DNA of 63,699 nucleotides, counting the filler, from Lenisia limosa (Eukaryota > Protista > Breviatea): the NCBI GenBank assembly GCA_001655205.1. It is 13 parts of 13 records of this genome, joined end to end, with 100 filler letters (N's around TTAATTAATTAA, not from the genome) between each part and the next. Parts side by side here need not be neighbours in the genome. Positions count along the whole stretch, not along the records: positions 1 to 28,343 come from LPNZ01005521.1; positions 28,444 to 34,732 come from LPNZ01007007.1; positions 34,833 to 38,550 come from LPNZ01006947.1; 10 more parts are not named here. The stretch is one strand, 5' to 3'. Below the pieces are notes generated by a model that was not told where the DNA came from, did not search any database, and saw nothing but the letters and a program-made list of their open reading frames with translations. This document shows, piece by piece, positions 26,401-38,650 of the stretch (position 1 is the stretch's first letter; every line of letters starts with the position of its first letter). Both the position numbers and the translations under genes were made by a program.

Positions 26401-28342
26401 AAGGAGGCCTCCGTCAACAACACCAAGAAGAACTATGGATAAGTTGAAAACCCAAACAGTTTATCTTGGAAGCAACTCACCTTTCTGGTCACCCTTGCTA
26501 TTAAGCGCCTTGAACTCAGTCACACCAAAGGCAGGAAGATGGTCAACCACATCAAGGTAAAGCTAAATATGGTCAGATTAGGAAACCGGAAAAAATTTCA
26601 CAGTCGCATATCCTTTGACACCCACCCCCATTCTCACCAGCTGAGCAGTGAGAACGTCAAATTTGAACTGAGAAAAGAGCTGGAAAGTACGGCGCTCGAA
26701 TTCCGATCTTGGTAACGCGTCTGAAATGACAAGAGGGAAGAAGTCAGTGAAGGCATAGTCCTTGCTAGCTCTAAAACAGTTAGACTGATGCACAAGAGAT
26801 CAATAAAAGCCTACTCAAAGAAGCCGGGGCGGTGTAAAGAGGAGTCAAAAGTACCAAACTCGGCAAGGAACTATTGTGTTAAATGAGAGAGGGTAGCAGC
26901 AAGAGGAAACAATGGAACGGATAGCCTACCTGAAGGGCAGCAAGACGGATGGCAACATGGGGAGGGCATCTAGAACGACCTTGAAGGACATCATTGTTGA
27001 CTTGGTAGTAGTACATGCGGACAAGTCCCGGGTCATCACGGAAGTTTGGAAGCGCCTAAAGTATGATGGGGACGTTGTAATTGCTTTCTTACCTTGACAC
27101 ATCTGAGCTTCAATGTGAGACGAGAGTTCTGATCAATTTGAGGGTTTTGGGCATTGAGAGGTTTCATCAAATCAATCCAGTTGTCTGGTGGTTATCAGTA
27201 AGAAAAAAAAAAAAANNNNNNNNNNNNNNNNNNNNNNNNNNNNNNNNNNNNNNNNNNNNNNNNNNNNNNNNNNNNNNNNNNNNNNNNNNNNNNNNNNTTG
27301 CACACAACATCACGAAGGGTCTAGATGTTAACTTGCAAGAATAACCAACAGCAGCAGTTGCATCTTGGTTGATTGTGATAAGAGTTCCCTTTTCGTTCAT
27401 GAGATAAACTTGGACTTGGATCTTGAAATATAAGAAGATAGAGGGAGAAGACATACCTCTGGTCCCTTTCCAGGATTAGCCATAGGAGGCGCGCTTTTAG
27501 GCCAATTTGAGGCATTGAAAGGTTGAAGGTTGAGAATTTTTAGGGACGGAGAATCCTGTGGATCGGGCAAAACCTTCTCTGTTTGGACCGTCTAAGGGAG
27601 GTTAATCGCTAATACTCAGTTAAGAATTAAAATAAGTATTAAATGTGCTCTAACAGGAGGTCAAAAGGACTTTTTGTCTTCTACTACAAATAAATATGCT
27701 CTCTCCCCCTCTTCTCCCCTCTTCCTTCCTTCTTACCCTTGGAGTTGCGGGTTTTCCAGTGATAGGTGACTAAAAAGGTCAGTATATCGATTCCCCCTTG
27801 AAAACCAACCGAAGCAGTAGGAAGAGTTGCAAATGATCCTTGGTTGAGAAGTGTTGGAATTGATGACAACAGAGATGGATTCGCAAGAGATGGGGCTTTT
27901 AAGGTTGGAGAGGCTGCTATTTTATGAAAAAAAAAAAAAAAAGATCAAGAAACACCAACGAGCTACAGAAGATGAGGCAGTTGATGGGGCAAGGAGCGGT
28001 GGAGGAGCAAGTCCACCAAGTGAAGAAACATGTTGCATTCCAGAAAAGGAATTCGGGTCACCAAGTGCACCAGGAGGTGGAATATCGCCCTAAATGTCAG
28101 ATAATGAAAATACTTACAAGAGGGGGTGGAGGAGGTAAGTCGAAATCTAAAGAATGAGCCATAAATTCAACAGTTCATGAAAAAAAAACAAAAAAAAACA
28201 CAGCAAACCCACTGTCAAAAGCTGGTGGAGGAGGGAGACCAAGAGGAGGTGGTGGTAAAAAGTCACCAGCGGGAGGCGGAGGGGGCAGATCGAAAGCGGG
28301 GGGAGGAGGTAAATTACCGTTCATAGGAGGAGGAGGGGGAAG
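23409..28342 (-). CDS. Proline-rich + FERM + RNI-like leucine-rich-repeat protein (5' end runs into a gap)
   Basis: Poly-Pro exons at 28000-28340. FERM exons NWIDLMKPLNAQ..LKLRCVK, LVRMYYYQVNNDVLQGRSRCPPHVAIRLAALQ and LYLDVVDHLPAFGVTEF. LRR exons LHLHHNKLGEKGATALS, INELNVSENDFSGDNAKHVGQLL and LEYLGLRSNSFGSSGATHI. Stop at 23409. Confidence 0.85.
23839..23932. mobile_element. MITE family A, complete copy in an intron of the FERM-LRR gene
   Basis: 23 bp TIRs GGGTTTCACTTCGGTTCGAAAAA / TTTTTCGAACCGAAGTGAAGCCC with one mismatch, preceded by TA. Confidence 0.8.
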
Positions 28343-28387
28343 GNNNNNNNNNNNNNNNNNNNNNNNNNNNNNNNNNNNNNNNNNNNN

Positions 28388-28399
28388 TTAATTAATTAA
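28388..28399. other. Artificial contig-join linker TTAATTAATTAA embedded in N runs (12 occurrences)
   Basis: The same 12-mer, with stops in all six frames, sits inside N runs at about 28388, 34777, 38595, 43343, 45953, 48954, 52440, 54032, 55511, 58372, 60027 and 61995. Confidence 0.97.
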
Positions 28400-28539
28400 N
28401 NNNNNNNNNNNNNNNNNNNNNNNNNNNNNNNNNNNNNNNNNNNGGGGGGGGGGGAGGTGATACATCATTGGTGCAGATACCATTCATCTAATCATAAAAA
28501 CCCTCCTATCGTTTTGTTTATTATTGCCCCCTCCCAGCA

Positions 28540-31500
28540 GCCTACCATTGCACGCAGTCTTTCATTGAAGTCCTGAAATAATAAGACCATTAATTGCAAA
28601 AGGTAATAAGCTGATGGGAAAGTAAATAAATGATTTAGGGCTTCAATTTGGTTCAATAAAAGACTGAAACTCTCACATAGAAATTATGAAGTTCAAGGTA
28701 CATGCCTCTGAGTTTCTGCGAGGTTTGTTGTCCTGTCAGGATTCTTCTGAGAATTTGCGACGTTGTCTTCAGTGGGCCCTGGAGGGAGTAAAATTGGAAA
28801 ATTATGAAACAAAAAAAAAAAAAAAANNNNNNNNNNNNNNNNNNNNNNNNNNNNNNNNNNNNNNNNNNNNNNNNNNNNNNNNNNNNNNNNNNNNNNNNNN
28901 NNNNNNNNNNNNNNNNNNNNNNNNNNNNNNNNNNNNNNNNNNNNNNNNNNNNNNNNNNCAGGGGGGGAGTAAGCGTGGAGCGAAACACTACGAAGGAAAT
29001 TTCAAGTACCCCAACTCGCCCAAATATCACATCCCATAATACCTTGGGCTTCACTTCGGTTCGAAAAAGACTTAATCCTCGAAAACTATCGATATTTCAC
29101 TATTTTTTCCGAACTGAAGTGAAACCCTCTTTACCCCACTCTCACCGGTTGGAGCAGCCGATCGATTCCGTTCAAAACTTCGAGGTTGAGCCCCTTACAC
29201 CACTGCATCAGGAATTCAAGAGACTTTTTTTGCTAAATATGGATGATGGGAATTTCTTTCTGCTTAGTAGAGACTATAGTCAGGGCTTATGAAGAAAATA
29301 ATGTCATGTTAATACATAAAATATATATCATATAACTACTATAAAAAGTGATAACATCATTATTGAGTACGATAAGAGAAAATCTAAGTATGATATTTAA
29401 AGAAAAGAAAAAGGTAGAAAGGACAAATGTAGAATAGATGAGCCTATCCGCCATTATGATATATTCTTTGAATGTATCAAAAGCGCTTAAGGATAACACA
29501 AAAGCGTTTAAGGATAACACGTTTACACGTGATAATAGTGGGGGTGGTGGGGGTAAGATAGATGACAGGCGTGCCACACTTCCCCTGAGATTCCATGGAG
29601 GAGGCCGTATGATGTAGAGATGATTGACCCACCACGGGTCCAGCGGGAGTCGGTGCAATTGGCCCAGTTGTCGGATGGTGTCTCACTCCCTTCTCCATAA
29701 ACTCAGCCTCTCTGAATAGGGTGAACAGAGTAAAAATGGAACAGTTTTGCTTAAAAAAAGGAAACAAATGAGGGTTGAATGAAAATAACAAAATATTTCG
29801 CGACTCCAATCATCACAAACGCCACATAAAATAATACAAAAAAATAAAAATTAAAAATACAAAAAAAAACACAAGAATNNNNNNNNNNNNNNNNNNNNNN
29901 NNNNNNNNNNNNNNNNNNNNNNNNNNNNNNNNNNNNNNNNNNNNNNNNNNNNNNNNNNNNNNNNNNNNNNNNNNNNNNNNNNNNNNNNNNNNNNNNNNNN
30001 NNNNNNNNNNNNNNNNNNNNNNNNNNNNNNNNNNNNNNNNNNNNNNNNNNNNNNNNNNNNNNNNNNNNNNNNNNNNNNNNNNNNNNNNNNNNNNNNNNNN
30101 NNNNNNNNNNNNNNNNNNNNNNNNNNNNNNAATTCTGTTGACTGACAACACACAAGGTTGATCACAACAATACAAAGCCAGTCGCGTCTATAGCACCGCA
30201 TCCATCACGTTTGGAAAATTTACAAAAAAAAAACAAAGCTGAGGCTAGTCTTCTTCTGTAGCACCAAAATGGGAACAATGTACAAAAACAAAATAATGAT
30301 GGGGGAGGGTGACTGGGTGTTTATTGGTGGGGGAGAGTCATGAGTACAATAATTTACGACTGAGGGGTCTTAAGGAAATTTATGATAAAACTATCTCCTT
30401 ACTAACACGGAGTCAAAGAGAAATTCCCCTTCCTTAAACGGACCGTCTTATTGGAATCCCCCTTACGGTATTGGTGGAGTTCAGCTCGTCAAGAGCTTGG
30501 ATAACGACCTTGTCCAAAGACCCTTGAGGCTGGGGGGGGGGTGAATCCTGAAACCTCGGCTATAGAAAAAACGTGGGTTTCCTCCGTGCAATTAATTGAG
30601 GCAATTGGCAAAATTAGAAATTAAAGCGTCTGAAATAGGGTTCTGCTTACAATATGCCTCGTCAAATTGTAAAATTATTCAATTAATTGCAGGGAATCTC
30701 TTCGTGATATGCATTATTTTGCTTGCAAACTCAAAATCTAATTGCGGGAGGAGGCGTAAGAAAAAAACGTGGGTTGTAAATAAGATAAATCCTCTATAAT
30801 CAATATTTTGACTGTATTTTTCGGACCTAGTTATAGAGCATACCTTGCTGATAGGCATGATTTTTGGAGGCTGAATAACAAAGATGTCTTCGAGATCCTT
30901 TTTGCGTAGTTTGTGCTTCTGTTTCGAATTGTTGACAATCTAAAAAGTCATTCGAGAAATAATACTATTAGAAAATCTAGGGTAACTAATCAATACCATG
31001 GATACAATAAGTCAGGAAATGAGTCGCAGTTAGGGTAAAATAAAATATCGGAGTATCATTGATTCACAACATCAAATTGACTGGACAGATAAAGGGCCTC
31101 TTTAGTTGTTGGACCCTGTTTTGATATGGAAGTGTTCAAAAAGTTAATTGTACATTTTCGAAATTCAAGCCTCTGAAAAGGAGTTCCCATTACATGCACT
31201 TCCATTTTCAAGTAATATAGCTATATATTCAAAATTATTGCAGAGGTTTGATTGTTTCCAATTATGATAAGCACACGATATCGATATTTCAAAAGCACAA
31301 CAGACATTTTCAGCCATGCACTTCTTCTTGATTTGTCGGTTGTGGATGATGTTTTCCGTTGTACCGTCCGTCTGAATTGTGAATTGAGACAAGGGTTTCA
31401 AACCGGAATGAATGGATACAATATTCACATAGAGATGAATATAAGTCGCTAAAACACTTACATAAGGCTTGGACAAGCTGATAAAATACAGTAAAGCCTG

Positions 31501-34500
31501 CACACCTCCCTCTCTCATATTCCAGTCCATAACGCCACTATTCAAACTCATTGCCTCCTCCCTCCCCAAGTGAAATACTACACTAGTATAAGGTATAAGG
31601 CTCACGATAAGTTGGTAGGTAAAGCAAGGTTTGGTCTGTCCTCTTCTCCATGTACGAGCACTGGGAGNNNNNNNNNNNNNNNNNNNNNNNNNNNNNNNNN
31701 NNNNNNNNNNNNNNNNNNNNNNNNNNNNNNNNNNNNNNNNNNNNNNNNNNNNNNNNNNNNNNNNNNNNNNNNNGGTACACATAAGGACTTGGCTTAATCT
31801 GACCCCCCACCCCTACTTGGCTTGGTCTTCGTTATTTGGGTTGAAGCCGATGTCGTAAATGAAAGTTCTAAAACGGTTATGCAGGAAAGCAGTCTAAAAT
31901 GGTCATACAGGAAGGCGAAGGGTTTCCTGTCTATCCAACTTTTTTCAAAGAAAGAGATTTATTTACTATCAATCCCATACATTACTCCACATCGCATAAC
32001 AAAGACCGGGGAAGGCGCCAAGGAGCGTGGGCGTGGAAGTGGTATTTTTTATGGTGTCCTCTATGTAGTTTGTTTATGGTGTCCTCTATGTGTTTCCCTT
32101 GATTTCTCATGTATAATATTTCTCTTATTAAAAAAAGACCCGTCTTCCCACACACACACAATCATTAACATTTAGAGCCGTCCCCCCTCCAACCTGGTTC
32201 CTCCAGTCAGGTTGATACCTTCGCCGCCGGAAGTGATCGAAACTACCAGAACCGTGATTTCGTCTAAATAGGGCATTAAGGCGGAGTTTCATATAATAGA
32301 TAAGAGTTTTATAGAAATAGATGAAATTGAGACAATCTTAAGAGAAAATGAAAACAATCTAAAAAGAGAATTGAGACAATCTAAAGAGAATTGAGAAGAC
32401 AATCTAAAGAGATTATCACAACTACCTGAAGTGACATCGTTGAACGTTTGAACTGTTTTATGTCTGGATGAGAAGTCGACCTGTCCTGTTATCACAGCGG
32501 GACGAAGGGGGAGGCTTGTACGGTCATTGGCATTTTCCTCTTGCGAGAAGGGGAACACATAGTTCTCAATGTACTTCAAAGTCTGGAGGAGGTTACAACA
32601 ATACATAGCTACACATCATATGTATTTTGTATATGAGATGTATACAGTGAGTTACATAAGTAATGGCAAAAAGTTGGCAAAAAGTTTTTCTTAATAACTT
32701 GACGCAAAATAGGTCTTATTCTCTGAAAAGTTTGTCATTTTATTATGATGTGTTTTTAACGAAATAATAAAATGACAAATAAAGCACTTGTAATACCATA
32801 AAACAATCAGTGCATCAAAACGCTGAAAATTTCAAGTACTTCCCCCCTTTTGGTGGCGATGACAGCCGAAAAAACATCATGGTATTGTGTCAATCAGGTT
32901 TCTCATCTCTTTTGAGGTGATTTCAAAACAAGCAGATTGCTGCTTTTTTCAAATAAGAAATTAAGGTGTCAGGAATATGACTTCAAATATAGAAATTAAT
33001 TGCATGGAGCCCTGCTTTAAACACACCTCTTATTGATTTATGTTTGTTTTTTTTGTTTCACCCCCCTCCCCTCTCTCTCTCTCTCAATTCCCTTAGGAAA
33101 AACTTTACACCCACACGAAAGACTCCACCCACCTCGATTCGCTTGGAAAACACCACGACTTTCTCCCGGTTTCGCAGGCAGCGTGCAACGGCATGAGCTA
33201 GCGCAAGGGCCTTGTGGGAATGGGAAATACTCAGGTAGTCTGGGTCCTATGGGGGGGGGGTAAAATTGAAAAACTTATAAAACAAAAAAAGCCCAAAATC
33301 AACTCTGTTGGATGGCAACACACGAGGGTTGATAACAACAAAACAAACAACAGAGGTGAATCACGCACCTAACCCCCCACCGAATGTTTGAACTCGAACA
33401 AAGCACGCCAGAAAGGGGACGTTAAGTGCTCCTGTGATGTTAAAATGAAGTTGAATGTGGATGAAAAGATGAAAAATACATTCTGAGGGTCAGAAGCTCT
33501 GGTTCCAATTCAAGAAGAGAAGCTCTGGTTCCAATTCTTGCCCCTAGTAGTCCTATCCATTTACGTACCTCAGGGATGTTGCGCTGCGATACGATACCCT
33601 TGATTGTCAAACATGAGAGGAGATAATAAAACGAAGGATGTTCAAAAATGAGAGGAAATAGCCTTTTGAGCAATCCAAAAATCTAATTAACGTCATAATC
33701 ACTATCTGTAGCTCCGTCACTCACCAGTGGGATGCTAGGGTGAGAGAGGAGATGGGTGACCATATTTTCTCTGCTGAAAAGATCCCCCCCTTTCTCCATC
33801 CTAAATACTCAGACCGCTTCTCCATCTTAAAGTAAAAAAATATATATTATACATGTATGTATGTAAGTTTAAATAGTTAATCAACACATACTATGTCATA
33901 TCATTAGATTAGAAAGTAGTATGAAAGACTATCCTTATGTGGAAGATTGTTAAATCGAATTAAAAAGGGACTCACTGAGAGTCCCCCCTCCAAAGTATGC
34001 AGCGTCCTGTCACTTTCCCCCTTGCCAACGCCTGAGAAGTGGCGGCAGAATCGTTGATGAAGATTGTGTAAAGGGTCTGCAAGACTGGGGACAACGTGAA
34101 CTTCAGCGTGTAATCCTCGCGAGGTGGGAGCTCCTTCATCAATAGACGAGCACTTCGTCTAAAGCTGTGATTTGTATCTGATATGATATAGAGAGACGAG
34201 AAATACAAGGTTGTATTTGGCCAAAGCCGTCATACCAAACAATTGTCATAATCATATCAATTGTCCAATTTGATAACAAAAAATAATCATACAACCAAGA
34301 TAAATCAAATATACCTGATGTTTTTTTGTGATATACTAATCAAATCTATATCATCACAAAATAAAGATGAATATCAATTTCTTATTAATCAAGAGCGCTT
34401 TTAAGGCAATATCACGACCAGGCCACCCACTTCAGCACCACCGCTTTTAACTTTTCAGTGATCTGATAAAGAAGTTTGCTTAGTTTCTTTGACGCTAAAG

Positions 34501-34510
34501 CAGACCGTTA
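28540..34510 (-). CDS. Snf2-family helicase/ATPase (ATRX/ARIP4/Rad54-like), C-terminal half
   Basis: Exons read RRSARLLMKELPPREDYTLKFTLSPVLQTLY, HKALALAHAVARCLRNREKVVVFSKR, ITGQVDFSSRHKTVQTFND, VVSITSGGEGINLTGGT, IYDIGFNPNNEDQA and ARTWRRGQTKPCFTYQL. The N-terminal ATPase lobe is not on this contig. Confidence 0.88.
29046..29127. mobile_element. MITE family A copy in a Snf2 intron
   Basis: GGGCTTCACTTCGGTTCGAAAAAGAC ... CCGAACTGAAGTGAAACCC. Confidence 0.8.
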
Positions 34511-34839
34511 ATGAAAAAAATAAAAACACACCGCATAAAATTCAAGACTTACATAATTTTCGATATAATAATTAATATGATATACACTGTTTGTATTTAT
34601 TTTCATTGATGTAATAAAATGTGTAACGAAAAAATGAAAGAAGCAAACTGCTGCGTACCAAGTCTAACCATACCCATAATACCCCTCCCCTTTACATGCA
34701 AGACTTATCTACCTATCTTACCCCACCCCACCNNNNNNNNNNNNNNNNNNNNNNNNNNNNNNNNNNNNNNNNNNNNTTAATTAATTAANNNNNNNNNNNN
34801 NNNNNNNNNNNNNNNNNNNNNNNNNNNNNNNNGTGACGT

Positions 34840-35585
34840 CATCTCGAGACAACGCAACCCTCGCTATCTCGAAGAGGGTGGGGGGGTTACAGTGACCGGG
34901 ATAAGGCTTAACCAATTTGCTCTGTGATTCCAAAAGAAAATCGGTCAAGACTTATCCCAGTCAGTGTATAACCACAGAAATAATCTTAACGATTCTACTT
35001 TCTACCTACATTTCTCAATGTCTTTCCCTATTTCCTGTTGTTCATGCCCCAGAAATTCGTTCTCAGCGTGCACCTTGGCGAGCCAATCTTACACCGAGGA
35101 ATGCAGCGATGGGGTTGGATCGAGTTCGTCTCCCCCCAAGTCTGCAGCTCTTTAATGGCGTAAGAGGGGGGGGGGGTTAAGACTATGACGTCACTATCTG
35201 ATGCCTAATATCGTACACAAAATCCTTCTGCTTTTTGACCACTGCCTTTTTAGACAGTCAGCAGCTCCCTTAATTTCACCCCCCCCCCCCTTTTTTTTTT
35301 TNNNNNNNNNNNNNNNNNNNNNNNNNNNNNNNNNNNNNNNNNNNNNNNNNNNNNNNNNNNNNNNNNNNNNNNNNNNNNNNNNNNNNNNNNNNNNNNNNTT
35401 TTGTTCACGCACGCAGGTCGCTCACAAATGGCTTCATCCAAATTGACAACATGAACATCAGTGTGCAGCCCCATAAGGTTGGCTCTACGGGTGTTATAAT
35501 ATTTAGCTACGTTTTGGGTGTTTTGCTTCATACTGTTATACAATCATGGGATATCATAAGTAATGTATTAGTTCGCTTCAACTAC

Positions 35586-35628
<43 letters not shown>

Positions 35629-38130
35629 CCCTCCCTCCAGACGAGCTTTAAGCAGAGGCCCCCTCAAAAGGCCCTTAGCCCCATGCCAGGCCGTGTCAAT
35701 GATGATATCGAAAACTGCAAGGTGGGGGCGTTGTACAGCTTGAAGTGATGCCTGCGGTTGTGCAGGATACTTCGTTTTTGTTACTCGGATCCTCATGTCC
35801 AGGTCTCGTCTTTTCTGTGTGTTGTTCTTTGTGTACATCGTTCAAAGACTATGTGAAACTTTGCTAATTCATTCCTTCAGCTCTCTCAGAAACCTTACTC
35901 TCCAGAAACTGATATCCATTTTGGACCGCGAATGTCAAATTCCCGAGGCGAAGTGGATCTCTGAGGTCGCGGGGGGGAGGGGGGTACTTTAATTGGTATC
36001 TTTTGTTATTTATAAATGATGGTGTGGACGTCTTCCACCAGTCCCAGTCCCACTTATCATATCATATTAGTCATAACAATAGGGCACATGTAGTGCTTCA
36101 ATCGGTTCAAAATAGACTTGGTAAAATATCGAAGGATTTATCGATAAATTCAGACTTTTTTTGAACCGAAGTGAAGCCCTAGGCACATATATTCTATTCC
36201 CACGCTTTAGGCCATGGAGAAGGACTCGTTTGAGATTCTTGACACCTTCATCACCTATCTCCGCCACGTGCACTTGTTCTGCTATTACTGTGGAGGTGGG
36301 GGCGGGGGGGGGGTGCTCCAAAAAGAACACTACAGACATTTTCAATCCTTTTTCCTTCTTCTTCTTTTTTTGTTTTCCCTCACTGCCAAGACCAATACGG
36401 CGACGTGGAGACGATGTTGAAGAAGTGTGGCTCGAACCATCTCAGATGCAAAGCGCCAACTGGTGGGGGTCTATGTACAACTGGTGGGGGTCTATGTACA
36501 ACTGGTGGGGGTCTATGTACAATCTTGGGTTACCTTGCTTGTTACTCCAGCATATCAGGGATATCAGAGATGTCTTCAAAGGGACTTAGATATCAGGCCA
36601 AAGGGACCTGGATATATCGGGGATATCTTTGGAGTATGTATACTGCCTCACCCCCCCCCCCCNNNNNNNNNNNNNNNNNNNNNNNNNNNNNNNNNNNNNN
36701 NNNNNNNNNNNNNNNNNNNNNNNNNNNNNNNNNNNNNNNNNNNNNNNNNNNNNNNNNNNGTGAACTTGATGCCAAGGTCCAGGACGAGGTCAACATGTGG
36801 GGGGTATTTCTCTGGGTTTTATACGGTCATACCACTATTTTATGCACTTTTGTTGCCCAGATTTTTTATTATTTTTTTTCGTTCCTTACCATCAACTGCG
36901 GCACTGACCCTCAGGGCCCTGAGCGAGATTGGAGAGAACGAGGTGTACGTCTTCGATGCCGATGAAAAGGTCTCTTGCAAGCACTGTGGAAGACGCTTCC
37001 ATNNNNNNNNNNNNNNNNNNNNNNNNNNNNNNNNNNNNNNNNNNNNNNNNNNNNNNNNNNNNNNNNNNNNNNNNNNNNNNNNNNNNNNNNNNNNNNNNNN
37101 NNNNNNNNNNNNNNNNNNNNNNNNNNNNNNNNNNNNNNNNNNNNNNNNNNNNTTCCTTACCAAGAACCAAGGGGCTGCAAGGGATAAGGTGGGTCAACAT
37201 ATGGTACCATATGCTGATTTGTTTCATGATTCTTCATTCACCCCCTAGTCCGCTTCCACGAGTTACAAGAAGAACCTCGAGGGAGACGATCGTCTCATTT
37301 CCAGCCTCATGACCACTGTGCTACCAGCTCTTCCGTCAGGTGTGTCAGCGCAAGGGCGTTTTTGTTTCTTTGAGTGAATTTGAATCTAATATGGTGCTCT
37401 AATGATCGGGTGAATTTAGCAATATCCCTTATACGGTCGGATACATCCTTTATATGTCCCTACACAGCGCCCAAGTCAGGCGGCCCCCTCCTTCCNNNNN
37501 NNNNNNNNNNNNNNNNNNNNNNNNNNNNNNNNNNNNNNNNNNNNNNNNNNNNNNNNNNNNNNNNNNNNNNNNNNNNNNNNNNNNNNNNNNNNNNNNNNNN
37601 NNNNNNNNNNNNNNNNNNNNNNNNNNNNNNNNNNNNNNNNNNNNNNNNNNATTATGATGGTGGAGACAGTCAATATGACTCTTTATCCTTGTCGTGAGAG
37701 TTGTGATAATATTATATGATATGTACGTTTAAATTGCGAACTGAACAAAGAGTCCCCTTGAAGGGACTGTTAAAGCGGTGCTCCTCTCCCTTACCACCCA
37801 GCATTCCCCCCTCCCCCCATCCGCCGTCAATACGTTGACCTCGACGCCCCAAATGGTACGCTCGAGGCTCTTCTGGTTCTGAGTGAATCCCAACAACTCC
37901 TCGATCTACGACTACATACATTTATATCATATGATTTTAGATATCATAGTATATGATGTACTACTGCTATATGTATTTGGGTGCTCCTTCTGATGTGGAG
38001 AGGCATGCAAAGGCTGTCTTCAACGAGTGTTATTTTTCTCCCCCTTTTTTTTTCTTTCCATTTTTATCTCTTAGGAGAGAACTTGACCACATCCCTCCGC
38101 CAAGTCATCTCATACGCTGAAGATATTTAG
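34840..38130 (+). CDS. SRRT: SERRATE/ARS2 RNA effector homolog (partial; ends approximate)
   Basis: Exons read ILDTFITYLRHVHLFCYYCG, a zinc-finger-like KVSCKHCGRRFH and C-terminal IRRQYVDLDAP, which match the order of Ars2/SERRATE signatures. Confidence 0.75.
36093..36179. mobile_element. MITE family A copy in an ARS2 intron
   Basis: GTGCTTCAATCGGTTCAAAATAGAC ... GACTTTTTTTGAACCGAAGTGAAGCCC, flanked by TA on both sides. Confidence 0.75.
36458..36522. repeat. Short intronic tandem repeat, 21 bp unit (ACTGGTGGGGGTCTATGTACA) x3
   Basis: Direct reading. Similar small arrays occur at 43910-43985, 45290-45362 and 49378-49490. Confidence 0.85.
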
Positions 38131-38549
38131 GAACCTGTGATCCAATACATGTATAACAATACTTTCTCTCGTAATACAAGGCCAAAGATTTTATCATTTT
38201 GCCGACATGTCACCAGCCAAAACAACGTGCGAAACGAGGGCTTTTCAAGAGCCTTACTTTTTTCTTTTTTTTTTGATGAAAATCCACTTTTACCATCTGT
38301 AAAAACTGCAGCCATCTCAACCCCTCCGTTTGAATAAGACAAAGAAAATCCATAATCTACAGCAACATGAACCGGGGCCTATGGCGTCCTCAAGGCCCAG
38401 GAATAAACAATTAACCATTCCCATAAGGGGTTCAAACATACGACGCATCTTCGGGTATAATGACGGGGTTGGCAGAGTCCGGCAATGGAGCGTCCTTGGA
38501 AAGGTCCAATAACGTCCGCATTGTTTGCACTGGGAAGCGGCTGTCGTAG
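38127..38549 (-). CDS. 3' exons of an unidentified gene (possibly the tail of the GYF-STAR gene across the linker)
   Basis: Open exon YDSRFPVQTMRTLLDLSKDAPLPDSANPVIIPEDAS followed by a GT donor. No family recognised. Confidence 0.35.
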
Positions 38550-38650
38550 ANNNNNNNNNNNNNNNNNNNNNNNNNNNNNNNNNNNNNNNNNNNNTTAATT
38601 AATTAANNNNNNNNNNNNNNNNNNNNNNNNNNNNNNNNNNNNNNNNNNNN

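Noticed and set aside
28030-28075. Apparent frameshift in a proline-rich exon
   Set aside because: Recounting the A-run gives an uninterrupted frame.
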